From NCBI RefSeq assembly GCF_009834535.1, contig NC_045696.1, forward strand, positions 75,518,001 through 75,582,000: 64,000 bases of DNA, in the 5' to 3' direction. Position 1 is the stretch's first letter, and each line of letters begins with the position of its first letter. This document shows, one piece after another, positions 26,173-39,475 of the stretch. The position numbers and the translations under genes were made by a program. The notes under the pieces were generated by a model, which was given only the letters and a program-made list of their open reading frames with translations, did no database searches and was not told the origin of the DNA. The DNA is from Camelus ferus (lineage: Eukaryota).

Positions 26173-27779
26173 CTGAAGAACAGGAAAGCAGTGAGTAAGA
26201 CAAACATAGAAACCCAGGAGAAAAGATGTGCCCTGAAGACCTGTGCTAATGGCAACGGAGAGAGCAGAGGGAGGGCTCCTCTGGACCTTTCCCCTGATTT
26301 CCAACCTGTGTTAGCAGAAAGAGCTCACAGACAGACGTGCTTGTTAGATGTTGAAATGCTTACTTAAGCCAAGAGATGTACTGAAACCAGTTTTTTTTTT
26401 TTTTTTGCCCACATAAATAAGGCACATCATGCACTTGTACACTAACACAGCATACAGTGTGCAAAGATAATAGCTTGTTGACATCCCTGAATTATTTAGA
26501 GTAATATAAGGGACATAAAAATGTAACCTGCTGTTTGTTTTAGCAACTGTTGGAAATGGTTTAGTTTGGTTTTCAACTCAAGTTATAAAACTGACTTGCT
26601 GTTTTAAAAGCCAACTTTTATAGCAGTAGCTGGCTGAAAAGGCTGGAGAAAGATCATACAGGCAAAGTACGTGGTTCTGAGAAGAGGTTACCCAGTGAGA
26701 AGAACATGAACCAGTTTCACTGATTTGAAATGATTGGTATCTTTGATGTCTATACCCATGTACAGTGAGATGAAAAATCAATGTTTTAGCTTCTAAAGAG
26801 AAAAAGGTATCTTTATTGTGGATTTATTCCTGTGCATGTTGTTTTAGACAGGAAGATTCTGAAAAATGCTTTGTTAATGTAACATGATATGCCTGGAAAT
26901 AAATGAAAAAAATCATCAAAATAGTGTATTCATTAAATTTTTTTTCTAGATTCTGACTTACATTTGTTCTATCTGCCCCCTCCCTCATAGACCATTAAGT
27001 GATGTAGTTTTATTCATTAGTAAATATACTGGTCCATGTGCATCCTTTGACATGCATGGGAGCTTTGGATTTTCTTGTTAGTAGAAGGTAGAGGAGTGTT
27101 TGAATGTGAAAGTCATATCCAGACTTGTGGGCATGGGAAGTGGACAGGTAGGAGGGAATCCGTTAATCTGGTTAGTGGATGCTACTCTGTGCTTTATCCC
27201 AAAACATGGTGACCCCTAGAGATTTAAGAGTTGCAGAAGTGGGCATATGTTCATAAAGTGAATGGTACTTCCCTCGGTCATTTCCATGTTAGGTCCCTTG
27301 GCCTCCTACAAGTTTGGGGATCTCAGTTCTAGACTGTTGCCCTGCTGCTTGCTGGCTGTTGGAAACTGGGCAGACCACTTCCCTTAGACCCTGGCATAAA
27401 AAAAGAATGTCACTCCTTAATGATGACTTCATAAGGCCAAAGGAAAGTGCACTGGCCTGTATCTTCACTTTTAGATCATGCTTCTGTTTCCCAGGACCCC
27501 TAAGTGCCTTTCTACATGTCCCCAAGCTTGCTTCCATAACTCACATGGACCTTTTCCCAGGACCACTCAGTGGGCCTGAGAAGGTGGCCAGGAGTGGCTG
27601 TTTGTGGGAGATGTGGAGGCAACTTGGACTGGGCTAGAGTATTACTGCATATTCGTGGGAGGGTCCTTCCCATGGAATCCTGAGATGGGAAGAGAAGAGG
27701 GTGAGCCAGGGAGCTGGAGGTCAGGGGCAGAAGGCTACTCTACCTGCACCTTACAGGTGCACAACTCCAGGGAGCCAAA

Positions 27780-27957
27780 GAGTTTTAAATACAAACTCGG
27801 CCTTGAAAATATATAGTCACTTGTTAAGGTAGGATGATTGGCTATATTTTGTTCAACATTTTGATAGATTGATTTAAATCTTAAAAAATTTTAGGTATAT
27901 GAGTAGAGGCCTTCATTTTTGTTCTTGCCCACTCCCTGTATATATTAGGGTTGGGTT
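27780..27957 (+). mobile_element. Arthur1-like hAT-Tip100 3' end
   Basis: aaggtaggat..ttgattta..ggccttcatttttgttcttgccc..tattaggg. Confidence 0.55.
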
Positions 27958-27964
27958 TAGTGTA

Positions 27965-28690
27965 TTTTTCCCCAACATTCTATTTTAAGAATTTTGAAAA
28001 AATGGTACAAAAATATCCAAATATCCACACCTAGATTCATAAAAGTTAACATTTTGCCAATGTTTTATTTCTTTCTCTTTCTCTCTCTCTGTTTCTTTTG
28101 CTTAACTATTTTGTATTAAATTGCAGGCATCAGTAGACTTTACCACTAAATATTTTAGCATGAACCTCCCCGAAATAATTACAGTCACCTCAACCATAAT
28201 GCCATTATCTAACATCAGAAAAATAACACTAACTGGTAGTATTTAATGTTTAGTCTTTACATGCATTTACCCAAATTGTACCAAAATATCTTTTTAAGCT
28301 ATTTTTTCAAACTAGGATTCAAATAAAGTTCACACTGCATTGACTTGATCTGTCTCTTTAGAATCTTTTGAGCTAGAACCATCACCTCCCATTTTCCCCT
28401 CATTACACTGAGGTTTTGAGTCCTACCAGTTGTTCCTTATACTGTCCCAGTACTGTATTTGCTGATTTTTTCTTCAATGTGTCATTAACTAGTTCCTCTG
28501 TTTCCCGCATCTTTAATAAATTGGATGTTAAATTTATAGCCTTGATTAAATTCAGATTTAATACTTTGGCAAAACATTTCAAAGGTATGGTCTTCTTCAT
28601 ATTGTATAATATAAGAAAGCATGCTATGTACCACTGGCACCACTATTAAGGATACTAAATTTGATCATTTGTGTGAATTTCCATAGGTAA
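27965..28690 (-). mobile_element. Old L1 3'UTR (L1MC-like)
   Basis: cacctagattc..gttaacattttgcca..cactaaatattttagcatg..cttgattaaattcagatt. Confidence 0.7.
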
Positions 28691-28694
28691 ACTA

Positions 28695-28908
28695 CAGTTG
28701 ACCCTTGGTATCCACAGGGGCATCAGTTCCAGGACCCACCACAGATACCAAAATTGCCTTGTCCCTAGTTGACACTCTATATTGGTGATTCTGCATCCAT
28801 GGATTTAACCGACCACCAATTGTGCTTTGTTGTATGTATTTACTGAAAAAAAAAATCCACATGTAAGTGGACTTGCCCAGTTTGAACCTCTGTTGCTCAA
28901 GGGTAATG
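28695..28908 (+). mobile_element. TcMar-Tigger MITE, MER8-like
   Basis: TA then cagttgacccttggtatcc..gttccaggaccc..aaaatccacatgtaagtggac..cagtttgaacc..tcaagggt. Confidence 0.8.
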
Positions 28909-29044
28909 ATATCTCAGGGTAATTTAAATTTGATTTTCTCTCACTGTGAGTGATATTAATCCTCTTTTCTTATGGGACCATTTACCTTTTTCTTTCATTT
29001 TCTGTGAACACTTTATTAATGTCTTTTGACTGGGGTACTTAAAA

Positions 29045-30175
29045 TTATTTTTTAATTTTGAAACAAATTTAGATTTACAGAAGAATTGTGAAGATAGTGC
29101 AGAAAGTTCCCATCTACTTTTCACTTAGCCTCTCATATGTCAGCGTTTTACATTACAGTGGTATATTCAATGAAACTAGGAACTTAACATTGGTACAACA
29201 TTATTAACAGAACTATAGACTTTTTTCAGTGTTTGACAGTTTTCCCACTAATACTATTTTTTCTGGTCCAAAATCCAATCCAGAACACAACATTGCAGTT
29301 GGTTATCCTGTCTCCTTAGTCTCTTCCAATCAATCTGTAGCTGTTTCTCAGTCTTTTCTTTTTTCCATGACCTTGCAGCTTTTGAAGAGTATTGGTCAGG
29401 TGTTTTGTAGGGTGCCCCTTGATTTGGGTTTGTCTGATGCTCTCTCATGATTGTACTGGGTTATAGATTTTTGGAAAAAATACCATAGAAGTGCTTTCTC
29501 ATTGCATCATATAGGACATGTATGATATCAACATGACTTATAACTGGCGATACTACCTTTGATCACTTGGTTTAGGTATTTTCTGCCAGGTTTCTCCACT
29601 ATAAAATTATTTCCTTTCCCCCTTCCATATTCTATATGGTAAAAGTGAGTAAGTACAATCCACACTCAAAGGAAGGAGAATTATATTCCACCTCTTGGAG
29701 GGAAAGTATAAAACCGTATGTTAAAACCACCATAGTAATTTAAAAATATGTTTGTGGAGATACTTTGCAGGTATGAAAATATCCTATTTCTCCTTGGAGT
29801 TCTACCCACTAATTTTAACACTTGCCAGTGGATCTTGCCTGCAACAATTATCGTGTGGTATTCTAATCATGTTTTCCATTTTCTCCATTTCTTCTACATT
29901 TATTATTTGAAATTCTTCTGTAAGGAAGATTTGTCTTTTAAATCCCATTTAGTTATCAACACAATCATTTCTTTATTTATACACATAGATATTTATTTTA
30001 TTTTACTTGGCTTGAATCTAACATTTTTGTTATTTATCATGTTGCTCAAATTGTGGCCATTGGGAGTTCTTTCAGATTGGGTGCTTTTTTTGTTTGTTTG
30101 TTTGTTTTTTCTACGCTACCTTGCTTTCTAGCACTACATAATACTTCAGGCTTATCCTATATTTTGCTTGTAATA
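29045..30175 (-). mobile_element. Old L1 3'UTR (L1MC/L1MD-like)
   Basis: ttttgaaacaaatttagatttacagaagaattg..tttgaagagtattggtcagg..ccaggtttctccactataaa. Confidence 0.8.
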
Positions 30176-30197
30176 TTTTATAGGCACATGAAAGTTT

Positions 30198-30515
30198 AAA
30201 TTTTTTATTTTGAAATATTTTGCAAGGAGAGGAAAGTGCACTGGACTGTATTTTCACTTTTAGATCATGCTTCTGTTTCCCAGATTTGCAAAGAGAGGAG
30301 AGTTTCTATATAAACCTCACCCAGTTTTTCCTAATGTTGACATCTTACTTAACCATGATACAGTTATTAAAGCAAACAGTTCTTCCATCCTTCCTTACCT
30401 TTTATGACTGTGACAGTTTTGAAGAGTATTGGTTAAGTACTTTGGAGAATTATCCCCAATTTGCGTTTTCTGATGTTTTCTCTTTTTAGATGGGGGTTAT
30501 ATGTTTTGGATGATG
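30198..30515 (-). mobile_element. Old L1 3' end carrying a 54-bp foreign insert
   Basis: ttttattttgaaata..cacccagtttttcctaatgttgacatcttac..ttttgaagagtattgg; 30230-30283 is a non-L1 copy of 27441-27494. Confidence 0.7.
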
Positions 30516-30524
30516 AGACATACT

Positions 30525-30690
30525 TTTTTAAACCTCTTCAAGTGTCCATTTTCTTTATCTGTAAAATGAAATGATATAAATACCTTGCTCATAGGTCTGT
30601 TATGATAATTAAATGAGGCAACAAGTGCTCAGTAAAGGATTTGACGTACAGTAAGCCTTTGACAGATGTTAAGTATACAGTCATCATCAT
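30525..30690 (+). mobile_element. MIR SINE 3' half
   Basis: ttttctttatctgtaaaatg..ctcatagg..tgttatgataattaaatgag. Confidence 0.7.
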
Positions 30691-30779
30691 CATTGTCATA
30701 GTTATGCCTGTAATTATTAACATCGCTATTGTCTTCATTTTCACCATCATTATTTCAACAAGTATATGTTGAACATCCA

Positions 30780-31290
30780 GCAGTTTGGTCTCCTGGACTC
30801 AAGTTTCAATCCCTGTCCTCCTCAAACCCATTCTATACATACCTACCACAGTGACCCATAAAAAAACAAAACAAAGCAAAAAAACTCTCAAAATATGTAT
30901 TTGATTTCATTAAATAATGTAAGTTATTTCATTTTGTAAAAATTTTCTTCCGTATTAAGTGACTATTCATCACCTCCAGGCCCAAGTTTAAACTTTTTAA
31001 CGTGACATCAAAGTCAATTATTACCTGGATCCTGCCTACTCTTCAGGCTTATCTCTAACTAGTGCTTTGAAAAGCAGCTATCAGGTCCTCACACTGAAGA
31101 CAGTCTTCTTCCTCTTTGTTTTTTAACTCATGTAGTTCTCTGTGCCTGGCTATTTTCCCATACATCCCACATCTACCACCAGTAAACTTCCATTCGTCAC
31201 TCACGATTCAATCCAATTTAATCTCTACCCAAAGCTTTTCTTTCTCTTTTACAGCTTGTGTTAAATATCTATCCCTTATGTTGCCATAAC
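30780..31290 (+). mobile_element. L2 internal fragment
   Basis: cccattctatac..acctggatcctgcctactcttcagg..ctctgtgcctgg. Confidence 0.55.
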
Positions 31291-32089
31291 ACCCAGTCAC
31301 TCATTCATAGATTCAATAGATATTTATTGAACACTGTCTATGTTCCAGGTTGGAAGTTAACTAGAAGCCCTGAGAGGAGCAATCCTATAAGAAATAAGAT
31401 TGTAGATGTTCAGTGAGAAAGCTATGGCAAGAATGATGACCAAGCATATACATTCTGATTTTTCTTACTTTCAGAATGGTGGCAGGGTGAACATAAAGTT
31501 TGTTTTGAGTCAGCTAAAGTTTTTAAAGGCAGGCCCATTTTAGAAACTTCTGAACTCTTGTACTCTCAATATTTATTTGAGGAGAGTCACAAACTTAAGG
31601 GGTAAACTTCCTTTACAAAAATTTGTCTTCCCTAATATTAAAGGAGGGGAAGTCCAAAATTTATTGCACAGCATTCACTGCACCCTTCCCTATAAAGAGG
31701 GATGGATGCCTTTAGAGCTCAAAGGTCTTATTTAGGAAAAATAATATTAACATGATATTGTGAAGTTATCTATTCTTTTAATCCTTTAATTTACTTTTTA
31801 TTCTTTTTACAAAGTACAATAAACTACTCATATGCTGAAGATTTTTTTTTTTTGTCCTTCTAAGCACACATATTCTCATATATCTCAATACTATTTCACC
31901 ATTTTCAAGCGACTGAGCTCACTTGGATGGTGGTCAGTGTTGAGAATAAGAAAAGCTTGAGGTTCTCTATGAATATGGTGGTTCCCCCAGTTCAGTTTTG
32001 ATTTAATAAATTATTAGAGAGTCATGTTGTACCTGTGTAGAGGTGACTAGTGAAGAGAAATTGACAATAATTGCTTTTTTTTTTAATTA

Positions 32090-32300
32090 AACTCATACAT
32101 GCTAGTGACTATACTAGGTGCTTTACATACATGATCTGATTTAACTCTTTCAACAGTCTTCCAGATTAACCATTAATGTATCTCTGTCGAGAAGAACCTC
32201 AAAAATATTGTCACTTTCCTAAAAATGGCTAGTTAATAGTCTGTCTGGGATTTAAATCTATATATTCAGGATTTGAAATTCTGTGCTTTTCCCCTATGGG
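32090..32300 (-). mobile_element. MIR SINE
   Basis: tactaggtgctttacatacatgatctgatttaactctttcaacag..ctgggatttaaatc. Confidence 0.6.
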
Positions 32301-32649
32301 AACATGTGGTCATGAAAGTGCCAGGATGAGGACAAAAATATGAGCTCGAATAAGATGGCAGAGCAGAGATTGCTTCACTTGGCCAGACATCATAATGACT
32401 GGAGGCAGGTTTTTCAAAATAGAGATTCCCAGGATCTACTTTTGGGTGATTTAGATATGTCTTCTCCATGGAAAAAAGTTTAAGCAATTCTGAAGTGGAA
32501 TATTAACAAAACATTTGGAAATATTGTATAGAAAGACAAGGTTATTTATCCTTGGAGAAGGCAAAAGTATAGCTGTAGGAGGAGAATTATTTGGAACTCT
32601 TTATAGGAGAAAGAAATGAAATTTAGGACTAAGAAAATAGGTTATGATA

Positions 32650-32950
32650 TACTAACCTGATATCCTAATCTTATTTCTCAGAAGTTACTTTGAATGACTT
32701 CTGGCTATTTCAAAACACGTACCTCAGAGAATTAGAATTTACTACCACTGAAGCTATTCAGAAGAATCTGCTACAGGCTCTTGAAGGCAATTCCTAAAAA
32801 GGAGTTTCAGAAATTATTTGAGTGATGGCAACATTGTGTAGTTTCTCAAAGGAAGGTGCCAGGGCTTATGTGTATAGGTATAACACAGGTTTTGAAAGAG
32901 CTTTTCTTATTTTTTAAACTTACATGTTTAAAATAGTCACAAAAGTTTGT
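32650..32950 (+). mobile_element. MARNA-like mariner relic
   Basis: tgaatgacttctggctatttc..accactgaagctattcagaagaat..caggctc..gaaggcaattcctaaaaaggagtttc resembles the mariner transposase 3' end. Confidence 0.7.
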
Positions 32951-33204
32951 GTTGACAGTGAGATATTAGGGCTTAATTTATAATTTAAATGTATCCCCAT
33001 AGTAGAAAATAACATAAGATTGGATGGTCATTTAAAAGGAAATAAAAGAAATTTGGCATTATAATTGAGGGATAGTAAATATGTTTCAGGGTTTCTTTTA
33101 AATTCTCCATATAGCTAAGAGTTTAAAGTACAGAAGTTATGATTTATGGGCTCATGGGCTCTAAAGTCTGGGAACATTTCACTCTCTAATCCAACCGCTC
33201 ATTT

Positions 33205-36200
33205 AAAATTTTATTTATTTAATTTTTTTGAGGTATAATTGACCTACAACATTATGTTCCAGGTGCAAAAATGTGATATGATATTTCTGTACATTTCAAA
33301 GTGATCACTGTAAGTCTACTCATCATCTGTCACCATACAAAAATATTGCATTATTATTGACTATATTCCCCACTTTGAACATTTCATCACTGTGACTCTT
33401 TATTTTGTAACTGGAAGTTTATACTTCTTAATCTTTCTCACTATTTCACTCACACCCTACACCCCTCTGGCAAACACTTGCTTGTTCTCTGTATCTATGA
33501 TGTTGTTTCTGTTTTGTTATGTTTCTTCATTTGTTTTAGTTTATAGAGTCCACATATTAAGTCTAGTCATACAGTACTTGTCTTTCTCTGTCTGACTTCT
33601 CTCACTTAGCATGATACCTTCTAGGTCCATCCACATTTTTGCAAGTGGCAAGACTTTATATTTTTAATGGCAGAATAATATTCCATTGTGTATATATGTC
33701 ACATATTCTTTATCCATTCATCTATTGATGGCACTTATATTATGTTTGTATATTTTGGCTATTGTGAACAATACTACAATGAACTTAGGGGTTCATATAT
33801 CTTTTCAAATTAGTATTTTTGTTTTATTTGGGAAAAACCCACCAGAGGAACTGTGGTGATGGTTCAATTTTTAATGTTTTGAGGAACCTCCGTACCGTTT
33901 CCCACTATGGCTGCACCAACTTGTATTCCCACTAACAGTGCGCAGGAGTTCTCTTTTGTCCACATCCTTGTTGACAAATTGTTATTTTTTGTCCTTTTGA
34001 TAATAGCCATTCTGACAGATGTGAGGTGATATCTCACTGTGGTTTTGATTTGCATTTCTCTGATAATTAATGGTGCCGAGTATCTTTTCATGTGTTTGTT
34101 GGCCATCTGTATGTCTTCTTTGAAAAAATGTCTATTCAGGTCTGCTGCCCATTTTTAATCTTTTTTTTTTTTTGATGTACGAGTTCTTTGTATATTCTGG
34201 ATATTAACCTCTTGTCAGATGTATTGTTTGCAAATATCTTCTTGCATTTAAATCTTTAATTCTTTTGAGTTTATTTTTGTATATGGTTTTAGAAAGTAGT
34301 CCAGTTTAATTCTTTGGTATGCAGCTATCCAGTTTTCCCAACATCATTTTTAAAGGAGCTATCTTTTGCCCATTGTGTATTCTTGTCTCTTTTGCCAAAG
34401 ACTGATTGACCATATAAGTACAGGTTTATTTCTGGGCTGTCTTTACTGTTCCATTGATCTATGTGTGTGTTTTTGCACCAGTATCATACTGTTTTGATTA
34501 CTGTAGTTTTATACTATAGTTTGAAATCAGGGAGTGTGATACCTCCAGCTTTGTTCTTCTTTCTTAAGATTGTTTTGGCTATTCAGGGTCTTTTGTGTTT
34601 TCATACACATTTTAGAGTTACATGTTCTAGTTCTGTGAAAATGTCATAGGTATACTGATTAGAGAGCGCATTGAATCTGTAGATTGCCTTGGATAACATG
34701 GGATATTTTAACAATATTAATTATTCCAATTCATGAGCATGGTAAATCTTTCCATCTGTTTGTGTCATCTTCATTTTTTTTTCATCACATCAGTGTCTTG
34801 TAGTTTTCAGTGTACAGGTCTTTTACACTGGATTCTTCTTCATTAGGTTTATTCCTAGATATTTTATGCTTTATGGTGCAGTTGTAAATGAAACTGTTTA
34901 CTTAATTTCTCTTTTTGCTAGTTTGTTGTTAGTGCTAAAGAAATTCAACGGACTTCTGTATATTAATTTTGTACCCTGCAATATTGCTGAGTTCATTTAC
35001 TAGTTCAATAGTTTTTGATAGCATCTTTAAGATTTTCTCTGTATGGTGTCATGTTATCTGCAAACAATGACACTTTTACTTCTTCCTTTCCAATTTGAAT
35101 TCCTTTTATTTCTTTTTCTTCTGATTGCTGCGACCAGGACTTCCAGTACTATTGAATTGAATAAAAGTGGCGAGAATGGATATCCTTGTCTTGTTCGTGA
35201 TCTTACAGGAAATGATTTCAGCTTTTCAGCATTGAGTATGATTTTTAGCTATGGGCTTACCATAGATGGCTTTTATGATGTTGAGGTATCTTCCCTTTAT
35301 ACCCACTTTATTAAGAGTTTTTATCATAAATGAATGTTGGCTTTTCTCAGAAGCTTTTTTCTGCACCTTTTGAGATGATCATATGATATTTATTCTTCAT
35401 TTGGTTAATGTGGTGTATCACATTGATTGATTTGCAGGTATTGAACCATTCTTGCATGCTTGGGATAAATCCCACTTAATCATGGTATATGATTTTTAAA
35501 AAATATATTGTTGAATTACGTTTGCTACTATTTTGTTGAGGATTTTTGCATCTGTGTTCATCAGTGATATTGATCTGTAATTTTTTTTTTTTTTGTGGTG
35601 TCTTTTTCTGGTTTTGATATCAGGGTGATGCTAGACTCATAGAATGACTTCAGAAGTGTTCCTTTCTCTTCAATTAATTAGTGTGAGAACAGTTTGGGAA
35701 TAGTTTGAAAAGGATAGGTTTTAACTCTTCTCTAAATGTTTGATAAAATTCCCCCATGAATCCATCTGATCCTGGACTTTTATACTGGGGAAATTTTTTC
35801 TTTACTGATCCAATTTCGTTACTAGTAACTGGTCTGTTCTTCCATATCCAGTCTTGGAAGTTTGCACTTTTCTAGGAATTCATTCATTTCTTCTAGGTTG
35901 TCCATTTTACTGGCTTGTAATTGTTTGTAGTAACCCCTTATGACCCTCTGTATTTCTGTGGTGTTGGTTGTAACTTACCCTCTTTTATTTCTGATTTTAT
36001 TGATTTGGGCTCTTTCTTTGTTTTTGTTTCCTTGATGAGGCTGCCTAAAAATTTATCAGTTTTGTTTATCTTTTGAAAGGACCAGATCTCAATTTCATCA
36101 ATCTTTTCTCTTGTTTTTTAAGTCCCTATTTCGTTTATTTCTTTTCTGATCTTTATTATCTCTTTCCTCCCACTAACTTTGGGTTTTGTTTGATTTTCTT

Positions 36201-39200
36201 TTTCTAGTTCCTTAAGGTGTAAAGTGAGGTTGTTTATCTGAGATTGTTCTTGTTTCCTTACGTACACTGGTATCACTATAAATTTCCCTCTTATAACTGA
36301 TTTTGCTATGTCCTGTAGATTTTGGACCATTTTGGTTTTGTTTTCACTTGTTTCCGGGTATTTTTCATTTCCTCTACGATTTCTTCAGTGACTGATTGGT
36401 TGTTTAATAGCATATAGTTTAGCCTCCACATGTTTGTGTTTTTTTGCAATTTTTAATCTTGTAGTTGATTTCTAGTCTGATACTGTTATGGCTGGAAAAA
36501 GATCCATGATATGATTTCAATCTTTTTAAAATATTTGAGACTCTTCCTAACATGTGATCTATTTTGAAGAATATTCCATGTTCACTTGAAAAGAATGTGT
36601 ATTCTGCTGCTTTTGAATGGGATGTTCTCTCTCTATATATGGATGTGAATTGATGTAAGTAGGGTGTTAAAGTCCCCTACTCTTATTTGCTACTGTCAAT
36701 ACAAAAAAAAAAAAAAGGTAATATTTGCATTATGTACTTAGGTGTTCCTTTTGAGTGCATATATATTTACAATTGTTATATATTCTTGTTGGAGTGATAC
36801 CTTTATCATTATGTAATGTCCTTTGACTCTTGTTACAGTCTTTTTTAAAGTCTATTTTGTCTGACATAAGAATCGCTAACCCAGCTTTCTTTTTATTTCC
36901 ATTTATGCAAAATACCTTTCTTTATCCTCTTACTTTAAGTTTGCATGTTTTAGTTCTGAAGTTCTTGTAGGCAGCATATATGGGTCTTGTTTTTGTATCC
37001 GTTCAGCTACTCTATGTCTTTTGATTGGAGCATTTAGTACATTTATATTTAAAGTAATTATTTATAGATATGTACTTATTGCTATTTTGCTAATTGTTTT
37101 TGTAGTTATTTATTACTTTCTGCTTCTTTTGTTCTCTTCCCTTGTGATTCAGTGACTGTCTTTAGTGTTATGGTTGGATTTCTTTCTCTTTTTTATGTAT
37201 ATATTTATTATAGATTTTTGGTTTGTGGCTACTCTGAGGTAGATGTGTATATATGTACACATATATACATAAAGTTAATGATCTCTTAAGTCTGAGTGCA
37301 TTCTAATAATCCTATATTTTTACTCCTTCCCCCACACATTTAATATTTTGATGTCTTTTTGTTTTGTGTATCCCTTAACTACTTATTGTGGACATAGATG
37401 CTTTTACTACTTTTGTCTTTTAACCTCCCTATTAACTTGTAAATGGTTGATCTACTACCTTTACTGTATATTTGCTTTCACCAATGAGATTTTTCCTTTC
37501 ATAATTTTCATATTTCTAGTTATAGTTTTTTTTTTCACTTAGAGAAATCCCTATAACAGTTCTTTTAAAGCCACTTCAGTGTTGCTGAACACTTTTAGCT
37601 TTTGATTGTCTGTAAAATTCTCTATTTCTCCTTCAAATTTGAGTGATACCCTTTCTAGGTATAGTATTCTTGGTTGTAGGTTTTTTCCTTTTATCACTTT
37701 AAATATATCATACCACTCCCTTCTGGTCTGCAAAATGTCTGCTGAAAAGTCAGCTCAAAGTCTTATGGGGTTTCCTTGTTTGTAACTTGTTTCTTTTCTC
37801 TTGCTGCTTTTAAGATTCTCTGATTTTTGATGTTTTAATTACAGTGTGTCTTGGTGTGGATCTCTGTGACTCATCTTATTTGGGACTCTGTGCTTTCTGG
37901 ATCTGAATGTCTGTTTCCTTTCCCAGGTTAAGCTAGTTTTCATCTATTATTTCTTCAAGTACATTCTCTGCTCCCTTCTCTCTCTTTTTCTTCTGGGACT
38001 CCTATAATGCAAATGTCATTACAACTTGATGTTGCCCCACAGTTCTCTTAAACTATGCTCACTTTTTAAAAATTATTTTTTCTGTTCAGCTTGGGTGATT
38101 TCCACTACTCTGTATTTTAGTTCACTGATCCATTCCTCTGTATCATCTAGTCTACTGTTGATTTCCTCTAGTGTACTTTTTGTTTCAGTTATTCTGTTGT
38201 TCAGTTCTATTTGATTCTTCTTTATAATTCCTAACTAACTCTTTGTTAAACTTCTCACTGTGTTCTTCCATTCTTCTCCTGAATTTGTTGAACAACTTTA
38301 TGATCATTACCTTGAACTCTCTTTGGGTAAATTATTTATCTCCATTTTGCCTAGTTCTTCTTTTGGGGTTTTCTCTTGTTTCTTTGTTTGGAATATATTC
38401 CTCTGTCTCTCATTTTTCCTAATCCTCTGCTTTAATTTCTATGTATTAGGTAGGTAGATTACATTTTCTGATCTGGGAGAAGTGGCCTTATGTAGGAGAC
38501 ATCCAGTGGGGCCCAGCAGCACACTTCCCTCTGATCACCCAGAGTATATGCTATAGGGTGTGCCCCCTGTGTTGGCTGCATGGTCCCTTCTGTTATGGTG
38601 GGGGTGACCATTGTGGGCCCAGTGGTAGGCAGGGCTGGCCTTTGACCCAGTTATGCTGTCTTGTGTGGAGGCTGCTAGCCCATAGGTCGGAATAGGGCCA
38701 GGTTGTGGAGTGACTGGCAGTAGTTTTTTGGGGTGTTCTGGGTTTGATGCTGGCCTACTGGTGGATATGGCCAGGTCCTGGGAGAGCTGACTATGGAAGC
38801 CAAGGTGTCCCAGGACTGGTGCTGGCCCACTGGTAGATGGGTAAGCCTCTGGCACTAATAGGCTAGAGGGAGGACTCCAAAATGGTGATTGCCAGCATCA
38901 ATGTCCTTGTGGTAGAACAAGCTCCCCCGAATGGCTGCCACAAGTATGCTTGTCCCCAGAGGGAGTCTCACTTGGCTCCAGCCTCTCCACGAGGCTCTCC
39001 AAGATCAGCAAGTGGATCTTACCCAGGCTTCTTTCAAACTACTTCCTCTTTGCTGGGTCTTGGAGCATGTGTGATTCTTGTATGCATCCTTTAAGAGTGA
39101 AGTCTCTGTTTCCTACAATCCACTAGCTCTCCTAAATGCAAACCATGGTGGCCTTCAAAGCCAGATATTCTGTAAGTTCATCTTCCTGGTGCAGGACTCC

Positions 39201-39475
39201 AGGCTGAGGAACCCAAAGTGGGACTGTGACCCCTCTTTACCTGGGGAAAAACTTTGCAATTGTGATTATCTTTCTGTTTGTGGGGTAAGGATCTGTGTCT
39301 CTGCTCCTTCTATCTGTTTTATTGTGGCTCCTTTTTTATATCTTTAGTTGTGGAAAATCTTTTCTGCTAGTCTTCAGGTTATTCTCATAGATAGCTGCTC
39401 TATAAATGTAATTTTGCTGTGCCTGGAGGAGGAGGTGAGCTCAGGGTCTTCCTGCTCTGCCATGTTGGCCACACC
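33205..39475 (-). mobile_element. Near-full-length degenerate LINE-1 (5'UTR, ORF1, ORF2, 3'UTR)
   Basis: ORF1 remnant REWYDIFKVIKGKNLQPRILY (37551-37733); ORF2 remnants RGKFI..QINNLTLHLKELEK (36118-36330) and [21 protein letters not shown] (33864-34106); 5' end gtgtggccaacatggc; TSD ccaaccgctcattt (33191-33204) / ccaactgcccattt (39476-39489). Many stops and frameshifts. Confidence 0.93.

Noticed and set aside
27314..30489. Two ORFs sharing ESAL.CIFTFRSCFCFP, suggesting a paralogous peptide motif
   Set aside because: Explained by the 54-bp DNA duplication; the ORFs are otherwise unrelated and one lies in an L1.
31460..31492. Acceptor ttcttactttcAG with a possible 12-nt microexon AATGGTGGCAGG
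   Set aside because: Donor GTGAAC is weak and there is no other support.
33392..39347. Many ORFs, some with clear protein similarity
   Set aside because: Broken L1 ORF1/ORF2 pieces or their antisense frames; no intact L1 ORF.
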